Of a DNA stretch of 64,000 nucleotides, positions 51,143 to 58,546 are shown piece after piece. A model generated the notes under the pieces. That model saw nothing but the letters and a program-made list of their open reading frames with translations. It was not told the origin of the DNA and searched no databases. Position 1 is the first letter of the stretch. Each line of letters starts with the position of its first letter. Origin of the DNA: a virus; the IMG/VR virus record IMGVR_UViG_3300045988_163768, one strand, 5' to 3'. The position numbers and the translations under genes were made by a program.

Positions 51143-52338
51143 ATAAAGTCTTCATCCTCTCCTATATAAATTTTTTCATCTTCTTCTTTTTCTTTTGCAA
51201 TATTTTCAAAATAAGCTTGATAATCTCTATCTTTTATTTCTATCTGATTATAGCCTTTTTCTTTAGCTTCTTCTCTATCTTTCTTCATTGCATCAGCATT
51301 TTCTCTCTGCTTAATATAATTTTCTATCTGTTGAGCAAGAGACTTATCATCATAGATTAATGATCTTGTATACTCTTTTAAATCCATGATAACTTTATCA
51401 ACTATATCATTTGGTGCATCTATTTTCATCCTTGGAATCTGACCGCCATTTTTTTCACAATAGGCAACCATCTCTCCAATACAATCTACAAAATCACTTT
51501 TTACTTCTTTATTTTGTGCGGCTGTGAATTTCGCAGATTTACGTAATGAATCATATACTCTGGATAACTTCTGATAGCCATCCATGTCACCGCAATCGAT
51601 CGCCTGATTCATCTTTAAATAAGTTTTACAAATAAGAATTAAAGTTCCTGTAGTATCTGAGTCTTGAATATCAAAAGAACTAGTCATCTCTTCATATTTT
51701 TTCTCTAGTTCAACCCATTCATTTGGTTTATACAAACGTCCCCATTTCATAGCTAAGTAAATCTTATCTTCTTGAGTTAATTCCGCGGCGGGATCAATTA
51801 ATTCATCCTCGCTTATAAAATTATTTTCATCATAAAAATTGTCAGTTCCAATCTCATTCTTAGGAGCTTTTACCGCCAATTCCGCGTTTTGAGTGGGGGT
51901 AGAAACCATCGTTTTGTATTCAGCTTCAGAAATTTCACCTTTTTCAAGCTGTTGCTTCATACTTTCTTCAAACTTTTTCTGTTGTTCAAGATCCTTTTGA
52001 GTCTTTTCTTCTTTTTCTTGAGCAATCTTTTCTGTATCTGCCCAACTATAATCTTTCCACTGCTTTAGCCGCATTTTAGAAAGATATTTTCCAAATACTG
52101 ACATCCCATTCATTTTATAAGGGTCTTTTGCATAGGCTTTATCCCTTAAAATATTCCATTCTTCTGGAACATATGGAACATCCATCTTTTCTAATGCCCA
52201 TAGGAAAGTATTAGGTTCAAAATTATTTATATGCATAGTTAAACATTTTTTACATAATTCTGTTTTTTTACCATTTTTATATGTATAAAAATTTATTTCA
52301 TCCATTGACTTTCCGCATTTGTTGCAAGTATAATTCAT
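51139..52338 (-). CDS. zinc-ribbon protein; possible terminase small subunit or DNA-binding packaging protein
   Basis: 399 aa with N-terminal CNKCGK...CKKC. Its stop overlaps the terL exon 1 start (ATGA). Confidence 0.3.
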   Translation of the reverse strand: MNYTCNKCGKSMDEINFYTYKNGKKTELCKKCLTMHINNFEPNTFLWALEKMDVPYVPEEWNILRDKAYAKDPYKMNGMSVFGKYLSKMRLKQWKDYSWADTEKIAQEKEEKTQKDLEQQKKFEESMKQQLEKGEISEAEYKTMVSTPTQNAELAVKAPKNEIGTDNFYDENNFISEDELIDPAAELTQEDKIYLAMKWGRLYKPNEWVELEKKYEEMTSSFDIQDSDTTGTLILICKTYLKMNQAIDCGDMDGYQKLSRVYDSLRKSAKFTAAQNKEVKSDFVDCIGEMVAYCEKNGGQIPRMKIDAPNDIVDKVIMDLKEYTRSLIYDDKSLAQQIENYIKQRENADAMKKDREEAKEKGYNQIEIKDRDYQAYFENIAKEKEEDEKIYIGEDEDFI

Positions 52339-52350
52339 TATTAGCCTCCT

Positions 52351-53514
52351 TTATTTATTTTTCTTATTTCGACAACATTTACATATACTGTAAAAATGAT
52401 CTTTACTTGTCTTATTCTTTGAAAAAAATTTATTATGAGCTAATTTGATTTCCCCACAACGGGAACATTTTTTCCATTTTCCTTTTTTCTGAGTTGTGTA
52501 ATACCAAATTAAATAGTCTTCCTGAGCTTGCTCTGACAATAGCTTAGGTATTTTATTCCGCCATAAAGATGATATATATTCCACTGAATGTTTTACATTG
52601 TGTTTTTGATTCAACAGACTCTGAATTTCAAGATTTTGTTTTCCGTCTATTTTATAAATCAAGAGGTCATAATACATTGGATAACTATCTCTTAGAGTCT
52701 TCTCTATTAATGTATCTAAATCCTCCATTAAAAAATATGAATCACTGTAGAATTTTCCCCATGCATCTTCTTTTAGGCGGGAATAGTTACATAATAATGC
52801 AGATATGTGCTTAGGATTAAAAAAAGAAACTAAGCTATTATCTTCAATTTCATCATTTCCGCTAATAGAAACATTTTCATCAAAATCAATTTTGCTAAAA
52901 CTTTTAATTGCGTTCATACAATAAATTGGCGGCTTGTATGCACTTCTAATTACATATTGATCTTGTCTCATAGCAATAAGTTGCTTTTTTAATAAAAATT
53001 TCTTTTTACCAACTGCTTTTTTCTCAGCTTTTTCGACTTCCGCAATCGCGTCTACAAGTTGCTTTAACTCAGGGATTTCCGCAATATCCTGTTGAGTTAT
53101 TTGAAATTTAGGTGTAAAAATAATATTCTTATCATTGGCGATCATATTATAAATGCCATCTTCGCCATTCTCTAAGCGACCAACTAATCCTTCAAAAGAA
53201 GTTTCTCTTTTATTAACTGTGACCATATGATTATCAGTTAATATTTGCTTCTGTTTCCGCTCTTGTTTATCCATAGCAAAAATAATGTAATCTGATAATA
53301 TTTCTAAATATTTAGGTGTTAATTGCTCAGAAGGAGTCTTATCTATAATTTTTTTAACTAATTCATTCCGCTCTTCAGGAGTTTCTAAAGAATAATCTAG
53401 TTTAATAGTAGTTTGCATATTTTCTTCTTCGATTTGTTTTTCTGTTATTTTTTTTTCTTCTTCTAAAACATTATTCTCCTCAAAAGCCTTATCTTCTAAT
53501 GTTATTGGTGTCAT
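52351..53514 (-). CDS. hypothetical protein with a C-terminal zinc ribbon; first gene of the late operon
   Basis: 387 aa with C-terminal CSRCGE...CKCC. Confidence 0.35.
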   Translation of the reverse strand: MTPITLEDKAFEENNVLEEEKKITEKQIEEENMQTTIKLDYSLETPEERNELVKKIIDKTPSEQLTPKYLEILSDYIIFAMDKQERKQKQILTDNHMVTVNKRETSFEGLVGRLENGEDGIYNMIANDKNIIFTPKFQITQQDIAEIPELKQLVDAIAEVEKAEKKAVGKKKFLLKKQLIAMRQDQYVIRSAYKPPIYCMNAIKSFSKIDFDENVSISGNDEIEDNSLVSFFNPKHISALLCNYSRLKEDAWGKFYSDSYFLMEDLDTLIEKTLRDSYPMYYDLLIYKIDGKQNLEIQSLLNQKHNVKHSVEYISSLWRNKIPKLLSEQAQEDYLIWYYTTQKKGKWKKCSRCGEIKLAHNKFFSKNKTSKDHFYSICKCCRNKKNK

Positions 53515-53541
53515 AATTTCTCCTTTCTAGTTTACAATTAT

Positions 53542-53571
53542 ATTATACCACAAAAAAATTTTTTTGTCAAA
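53542..53571 (-). promoter_or_regulatory. late-operon promoter TTGACA-18-TATAAT (minus strand)
   Basis: Minus-strand TATAAT corresponds to plus-strand ATTATA at 53542-53547, and minus-strand TTGACA to plus-strand TGTCAA at 53566-53571. Confidence 0.5.
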
Positions 53572-53591
53572 TTTGATTAAAGCACTTTAAT

Positions 53592-53621
53592 TGGATTTTT
53601 TAAAAAATTTTTGTTATAATT
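53592..53621 (+). promoter_or_regulatory. divergent promoter for the SLOG/PARG operon
   Basis: TTGGAT, then an 18-nt spacer, then TATAAT at about 53616-53621. Confidence 0.4.
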
Positions 53622-53651
53622 ATTTTATAAATAAAACAAGAGGAAAAAGAA

Positions 53652-53999
53652 ATGAAAATTAGTATTCTTGGAAGTCGCGGTTTCGCAGATAATCGCCTAG
53701 TCTCCGCAACTATGGAAGATTTTATCCGCGAAACGCAATGTTATTTATTTACTGTTGTTTGCGGGAATACGGAGAAGAAGCTCTCGGAGTCTATTGGAAA
53801 AATATGGGCAGAAAATAATGGTGCTCCTATTGAATATGTATTTGATCGCAACATAGATAAATTAATTCAGAAAATGGTAGAAAATATTGATTTTGGTATA
53901 TTTTTTTATGACGGAAAAGATGCAATAATTAGAAAAATTATTATGAAAATGAAAATGAATGGAAAGCATGGTAAAGTAATTAAAATAGGAGGAAAATAA
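53652..53999 (+). CDS. DUF2493/SLOG-like Rossmann-fold nucleotide-binding protein (tentative)
   Basis: 115 aa. MKISILGSRGF...VVCGNTE...IWAENNGAPIEYVF...FFYDGKDAIIRKI...KHGKVIKI follows the DUF2493/YpsA-like pattern. Confidence 0.4.
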   Translation: MKISILGSRGFADNRLVSATMEDFIRETQCYLFTVVCGNTEKKLSESIGKIWAENNGAPIEYVFDRNIDKLIQKMVENIDFGIFFYDGKDAIIRKIIMKMKMNGKHGKVIKIGGK

Positions 54000-54000
54000 T

Positions 54001-54189
54001 ATGAATAATGAAGCAAAAAAGACAGTTGCAGGTTTGGTTCCGCGTGAAGCTTTTAGATTAGAAGTAATTAATAGTAGAAGAAATGAGATTATGGATGCTA
54101 TAGAAAGATATGCTAAAGCGGAAATGGTAATTCCAATCGCTTGGATTCAAGAATTAAAATATTATGAACAAGCAAATGCGATGTTCTAA
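54001..54189 (+). CDS. hypothetical small protein
   Basis: 62-aa ORF with an AGGAGG Shine-Dalgarno. Confidence 0.35.
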   Translation: MNNEAKKTVAGLVPREAFRLEVINSRRNEIMDAIERYAKAEMVIPIAWIQELKYYEQANAMF

Positions 54190-54209
54190 TAAAACGAGGA
54201 TGTTAATAG

Positions 54210-54962
54210 ATGAATAAAAAAGAAAGAGCTATTCAAGCCATAAATCATTTTTATAAAATGGAAAAAGAATATTCAGATAAAATCGCATGGTGTAACGCAA
54301 GAACTAAATATTATAGTGGTTTTGTGCCAGGTTCTATTGCAAATAAAATGAAGAAAATAAATGAAAAAAATCTTAATTATGAAATATGGGAAACTGATAC
54401 TGTTAATGCTATTAAAAAAGCTGTATCTGAATTTCCTGATAGTAAGATTGCCGCACTTAATTTTGCATCTTTTAAATATCCTGGCGGAGGCTTTTTAAAA
54501 GGAAGTAGTACTCAAGAAGGAAGCTTATGTCATAAGTCTATTCTTTATAATATTTTGTGGCGGCAAAGAGAAGATTTTTATGGAGAAAATAAAAACTTAA
54601 TAAATCGCGGTTTGTATTGGAATAGAGCGATTTATAGTCCAAACATTCTTTTTGAAGATTTTTATAATTGTGATATTATTACTTGTGCAGCCCCGAATAA
54701 AAAAGAAGCTAAGCGTAATGGGATAACAGATGAAGAAAATACTAAGGCTTTAAAAGAAAGAATCTCTTTTATTTTAGACATTGCGGCGAAAAATAAAATT
54801 GATGTTCTAATCTTAGGAGCTTTTGGATGCGGAGCTTTTGGTCAAGATCCTAATGAAGTTAAAAAGATATTTATGAAATTATCTAATAATTATATTTTTA
54901 AAAAAATAATTTTTGCTATCCCTAATGGATCTAATTTAGACGCTTTTCGGAGCCTTGTTTGA
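54210..54962 (+). CDS. bacterial-type poly(ADP-ribose) glycohydrolase-like macrodomain protein (DUF2263/TIGR02452-like)
   Basis: ALNFASFKYPGGGFLKGSSTQEGSLC matches the PARG signature LNFAS..PGGGF...(7)..QEE.LC, with QEG in place of QEE. LGAFGCGAFGQDP matches the downstream conserved motif. Confidence 0.65.
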   Translation: MNKKERAIQAINHFYKMEKEYSDKIAWCNARTKYYSGFVPGSIANKMKKINEKNLNYEIWETDTVNAIKKAVSEFPDSKIAALNFASFKYPGGGFLKGSSTQEGSLCHKSILYNILWRQREDFYGENKNLINRGLYWNRAIYSPNILFEDFYNCDIITCAAPNKKEAKRNGITDEENTKALKERISFILDIAAKNKIDVLILGAFGCGAFGQDPNEVKKIFMKLSNNYIFKKIIFAIPNGSNLDAFRSLV

Positions 54963-55478
54963 TATCGCGGGTAGTTTTTAAAGAGAAAATGAGAAATATT
55001 TTTATTTTTTTAAAATCCTCTTTATTTTATTTTATTTTAATTTGTTTAAAAAAATTTTTTGGAGAGATTTTTAATTCTCGTTTTTTGATTTTATTTTTAG
55101 ACTTTTAGATTTGAAAAAATTTTTGGAGAGAGAATTGTGGAGAACACTATCTTTTTATAAAAGTAAAAAATTTTAATCCTTTAATATACCCCGGCATTAT
55201 GTTTAAGTATGGTCTGTAGTTTGAGCATCTCTTTTGAGCAAGAAGCAACAAGACACCGCCTAACAAATAATTTTTCAAATCATTTTCCAAAGAGGATATG
55301 CTTTTTGTTCAGAAGAGTTTTGAACACATTATTTTAAGCAAAGAGGAGAAAGAGTTAAACTAATAAAATAAATTCTTTAAATAACTAAAATAAAGCAAGA
55401 AGATTAGAATTTTTATTGGCTATTGGTAGCTTGCCATCTATCGTCGGAGCGTACACTTTCGCAACGCTCCGAGAAGCC

Positions 55479-55750
55479 TGTCAATAGGCAAAATGCACAA
55501 ATTTTTGGCTAAATTTTTGTAAAAAATGCACAAAGATATTTTCCTAAAATGAACTTGTCAATAGGTAAAATTGTACAAAAATACGTGGAAAATTTTGTGC
55601 ATTATGTCTATTGACAAACCCTGTCAATAGTAAAAGTGTACAAAAATATATTCTCATTTTTGTGTAAAATGTCAATAGACAAAAAATGTCAATAGGCAAT
55701 CTGCACAAAGTTTTAAAGGAAAAATTGTGTAAAATGTCTATTGACAGAAT
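55479..55750. repeat. cluster of about 7 direct and inverted ~23-bp iteron-like repeats TGTCAATAG-N5/6-TG(C/T)ACAAA
   Basis: Copies at about 55479, 55557, 55592 (inverted), 55621, 55665, 55687 and 55724 (inverted); additional copies at 59426, 62806 and 62875. Confidence 0.7.
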
Positions 55751-55770
55751 GAGCTAAAGGTGCTATAATG
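55742..55770 (+). promoter_or_regulatory. promoter TTGACA-17-TGcTATAAT firing into an AT-rich ORF-free tract
   Basis: TTGACA at 55742-55747 (inside the last repeat) and an extended -10 TGCTATAAT ending at 55770. Confidence 0.5.
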
Positions 55771-55789
55771 AGAGGTTAAGCTTAAGACA

Positions 55790-56160
55790 AAAGAAAGATA
55801 ATAATAATAATAATAATAATACAATATTATAACAATACAATACATAAATATAATTAACAATAACATTATCTTATATTATTGTTAATCTTATCAATTATAA
55901 CTATATATAAAGAAGAAATATAATGATAATAATGTTAACATTGGTACTGTAATATCTTATAATAATTATAATAAGATAGTATAATAATAATAATAATAAG
56001 CTTATAAAATAATACTAAATAAAATAGTATGATAATATTTATATTATATTTTATTTTACTATTTATAAAAAAGATATAAATATATATATTTAAAACTAAC
56101 TATTAATCTTAATAACATGAGTAAATATGCATTAAAATAAATAAAAATACTGTAAATAAA
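55790..56160. repeat. extremely AT-rich (>90%) ORF-free tract with (AAT)n microsatellites
   Basis: (ATA/AAT)7 at 55801-55822 and again at 55981-56000; only a handful of G/C in about 370 nt. Confidence 0.6.
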
Positions 56161-56163
56161 GCT

Positions 56164-56192
56164 TGACAATGGTATAATAAGGTAGTATAATA
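56164..56192 (+). promoter_or_regulatory. promoter TTGACA-17-TATAAT
   Basis: TTGACA at 56164-56169, TATAAT at 56187-56192, then a GAGAGG Shine-Dalgarno. Confidence 0.5.
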
Positions 56193-56216
56193 ATACTTGA
56201 AAAGAGAGGTGATAAG

Positions 56217-56495
56217 ATGATAACAATTCAATGCACTTTGTTTAGTGTAACAAATAAGTACAGACCAATAAGTACTTTATTAGAAATTGAGAGTATCAAA
56301 TATTATAACACTCATAAGCAAGAGGTACAGCAAAGGGCTATCGACAAGATAGTAATACAACGTAAAACAGAACGTTGGTGTTTAAAAAGAGACGGATATA
56401 CTAGAATGAAAGTTAGAGTATACGACAAAAAGAAGATTGAAGAAGAAGAAAAAAGAAGATACGAAAAGATTAAGAAAGAAAGAGGTTGGAGTTAG
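56217..56495 (+). CDS. hypothetical small basic protein
   Basis: 92 aa with a Lys/Glu/Arg-rich C-terminus. Confidence 0.35.
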   Translation: MITIQCTLFSVTNKYRPISTLLEIESIKYYNTHKQEVQQRAIDKIVIQRKTERWCLKRDGYTRMKVRVYDKKKIEEEEKRRYEKIKKERGWS

Positions 56496-56500
56496 ACATA

Positions 56501-56764
56501 ATGAAAAAGGTGATTTTAGGATTAATAGTAAGTGCAACTTTAAGTAGTATTTGCGGTTTTGGTAGCTTTACTAAGTATACAAGAGAAGCTAAAGTGATTA
56601 GCTCTTTTAATAATGAAGTGGTTGTTATGGATAGCTACGGGCATGTATGGAGTTTCTACGGGGACGGTTTTAAAGCAAGAGATAAAGTTAAATTATACAT
56701 GGATTCTTTAGGGACTGATAGTGTGACAGATGATATTATTACAGATGCAGAGATAATAGGATAG
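56501..56764 (+). CDS. small secreted protein / possible lipoprotein
   Basis: MKKVILGLIVSATLSSICG signal-peptide-like N-terminus; the ORF-track start at 56486 is probably too early. Confidence 0.35.
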   Translation: MKKVILGLIVSATLSSICGFGSFTKYTREAKVISSFNNEVVVMDSYGHVWSFYGDGFKARDKVKLYMDSLGTDSVTDDIITDAEIIG

Positions 56765-56776
56765 CGGAAAAGCGGG

Positions 56777-56815
56777 AAAAGGGCGGAATAGGTTCAGCCC
56801 TTTTCTTTGCTTATT
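56777..56815 (+). terminator. rho-independent terminator
   Basis: AAAAGGGC...GCCCTTTT stem followed by a T-rich run. Confidence 0.5.
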
Positions 56816-57197
56816 TAGATAAAGTATCTTTTTTGAATTTTATTAAAAAATTTGATATAATAATAATGTAAAGAAAATAAAATATTTAAAAAGGAGATAG
56901 GAAAGAACCGATGAAAAAAAGTCAATCTTAATGAATTGGCGGCTTTACAACTGGTATTTGAATTTATTTCAGTGCCGGAATTACTAACAGCCGCTATGAA
57001 TGACTTTTCTAAAGGTACTAGCATAAAAGATAAAGAAAACGCTGATTTATGCTATAAGGCTTTAGAATCATTCCTTAAATAAAAAAGGGACTCCCGAACT
57101 TGACAGTTCTGGAGTCGGTTCACCTACAATCTCCTTAAGTTCAGGTTTTTTCAGTGGAAATCCGCATAAAAAAATCTTTAGAAATTTTCCTAAAATG

Positions 57198-57226
57198 CTT
57201 GACAAAAGCAAGGAAATATAGTATCA
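57198..57226 (+). promoter_or_regulatory. early promoter unit TTGACA-17-TATCAT plus conserved leader
   Basis: TTGACA at 57198-57203, followed by the conserved leader ATCAAATGAAAGAGAGG. Confidence 0.5.
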
Positions 57227-57259
57227 TAGTATTATCAAATGAAAGAGAGGTAAAGAAAT

Positions 57260-57379
57260 ATGACAATGTTACTGACAACTCGAAAAGCATTTGAAACTGT
57301 AAAAAAATACTTAAAAGATAATCAATACATTTTTTCAGTAGAAAAAAATACAAACGGTTATCTGGTAAAAATTTCTTAA
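57260..57379 (+). CDS. hypothetical 39-aa early peptide
   Basis: Not in the ORF track because it is under 60 aa. Consensus promoter and GAGAGG Shine-Dalgarno 9 nt upstream; MTMLLTTRKAFETVKKYLKDNQYIFSVEKNTNGYLVKIS. Confidence 0.35.
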   Translation: MTMLLTTRKAFETVKKYLKDNQYIFSVEKNTNGYLVKIS

Positions 57380-57393
57380 TGGAGGGCTTAAAT

Positions 57394-57540
57394 ATGTTAG
57401 ATTTAGGATTATTTTTAGGAAGTAAAAAATTGATGTTGGTAGACACTGAGACAGGCGAGATTTACGCTGAAACAATAGAAGAAATTAACGCTTTTTTGAA
57501 AGAGCATGAAAATAACTATTTATTAAGATTACTGAGATAA
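57394..57540 (+). CDS. hypothetical 48-aa early peptide
   Basis: GGAGGG Shine-Dalgarno 7 nt upstream; MLDLGLFLGSKKLMLVDTETGEIYAETIEEINAFLKEHENNYLLRLLR. Confidence 0.35.
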   Translation: MLDLGLFLGSKKLMLVDTETGEIYAETIEEINAFLKEHENNYLLRLLR

Positions 57541-57602
57541 AAACAAGATGGAGTTATGGGGAAAAAAGGAAGATAAAAAATCTTCCTTTTTTTAAAAAAG
57601 GC

Positions 57603-57631
57603 TTGACAAAATAAAAAATATCTGCTATACT
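57603..57631 (+). promoter_or_regulatory. early promoter unit TTGACA-17-TATACT
   Basis: TTGACA at 57603-57608, plus a conserved leader. Confidence 0.45.
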
Positions 57632-57667
57632 TAATATATCAAATGAAAGAGAAAGAGGTTGATAAAA

Positions 57668-57829
57668 ATGAAAAAAACAGATAAAGAAATTTTATTACAG
57701 ATTTTTAAAAAAGCCGACATAGAGATTTGCTATGAGGAAAAGGATTATTTTGAAGCTGAGCTTTCTTCTTATGGTGAAAACATTGGCTTTCAATTTGATG
57801 CTGACGGCAAACTTCAAAAACTTCTTTAA
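57668..57829 (+). CDS. hypothetical 53-aa early protein
   Basis: AGAGG Shine-Dalgarno; MKKTDKEILLQIFKKADIEICYEEKDYFEAELSSYGENIGFQFDADGKLQKLL. Confidence 0.35.
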   Translation: MKKTDKEILLQIFKKADIEICYEEKDYFEAELSSYGENIGFQFDADGKLQKLL

Positions 57830-57847
57830 AACTAATTTAAAATAGGT

Positions 57848-57876
57848 CTTGACAAAAGCCAAGACCTATAGTATAA
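57848..57876 (+). promoter_or_regulatory. early promoter unit with its -35 embedded in a perfect hairpin
   Basis: AGGTCTTGACAAAAGCCAAGACCT at 57843-57866 contains TTGACA; TATAAT at 57871-57876. Confidence 0.5.
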
Positions 57877-57909
57877 TAAATATATCAAATGAAAGAGAGG
57901 AAAACAAAA

Positions 57910-58164
57910 ATGAAAATCAACTTTGATAAAAAAACAGTAGGAACTTGCATCGAGAAATTGACAGTAGGAAGTACTTTTTTTAGTAAAAGAACTGGTACTG
58001 ATGAAATTGGATTATACATGGTTATTGATAAAAGTAGTGGTCTTTTCTTAGACAAACATCAAGGGAAGGTCATGGCAGTTAACCTTGCTACTGGACAGAT
58101 TAGAACCTTTAAAGCATCTCAGAAAGTAGAACCGATTAAAGCTGAAGTTATTCTTCCAAAATAA
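57910..58164 (+). CDS. hypothetical 84-aa early protein
   Basis: The ORF-track start at 57889 lies inside the conserved leader; the ATG at 57910 is the more plausible start. Confidence 0.4.
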   Translation: MKINFDKKTVGTCIEKLTVGSTFFSKRTGTDEIGLYMVIDKSSGLFLDKHQGKVMAVNLATGQIRTFKASQKVEPIKAEVILPK

Positions 58165-58186
58165 AATAAAAAAATAAAATAGGTCT

Positions 58187-58215
58187 TGACAAAAGTCAAG
58201 ACCTATAGTATAATA
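58187..58215 (+). promoter_or_regulatory. early promoter unit, a near-identical copy of the 57848 unit
   Basis: AGGTCTTGACAAAAGTCAAGACCT 10-bp-stem hairpin at 58181-58204; TATAAT at 58210-58215. Confidence 0.5.
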
Positions 58216-58241
58216 AATATATCAAATGAAAGAGAGGAAAA

Positions 58242-58529
58242 ATGGAGTTTTCAAGAGATGAAATAATTGAAATTAAAAAGTATTATCTCAGACGAATGAA
58301 TTCATTCATCAGAAAATACATTAGTGAAGACGTAATAACTAATGTTTGGCTTCCCCTGTTTAAAGATGGATGGAATGATGATATTCTAACAAAGTGTGTA
58401 AGCGATGATGATTCTTGGTGTAATTGTATTAACGCTTATCGCAAATGTTTTGAAATTGAAGGAATTGATTTTTTTAAAAAAGGGGTTGACAAAAAGTCGG
58501 AAATATGGTATAATAAATGTATCAAATGA
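58242..58529 (+). CDS. hypothetical early protein, paralog A
   Basis: 95 aa; SEDVITNVWLPLFKDGWNDDILTKCVSDDDSWCNCINAYRKCFEIEGI. Confidence 0.45.
   Translation: MEFSRDEIIEIKKYYLRRMNSFIRKYISEDVITNVWLPLFKDGWNDDILTKCVSDDDSWCNCINAYRKCFEIEGIDFFKKGVDKKSEIWYNKCIK
58485..58513 (+). promoter_or_regulatory. early promoter unit AAAAAGGGGTTGACA-17-TATAAT
   Basis: TTGACA at 58485-58490, TATAAT at 58508-58513. Confidence 0.5.
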
Positions 58530-58546
58530 AAGAGAGGTAAATAAAA

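Noticed and set aside
55195-55340. Possible tRNA in the ORF-free island
   Set aside because: No cloverleaf could be built: there is no GTTC-type T-arm or acceptor-stem pairing. No tRNA was found anywhere in the window.
55801-56000. (AAT)n / (ATA)n runs considered as a CRISPR array or tandem coding repeat
   Set aside because: They are trinucleotide microsatellites with no spacer and repeat structure. They are part of an AT-rich candidate unwinding region.
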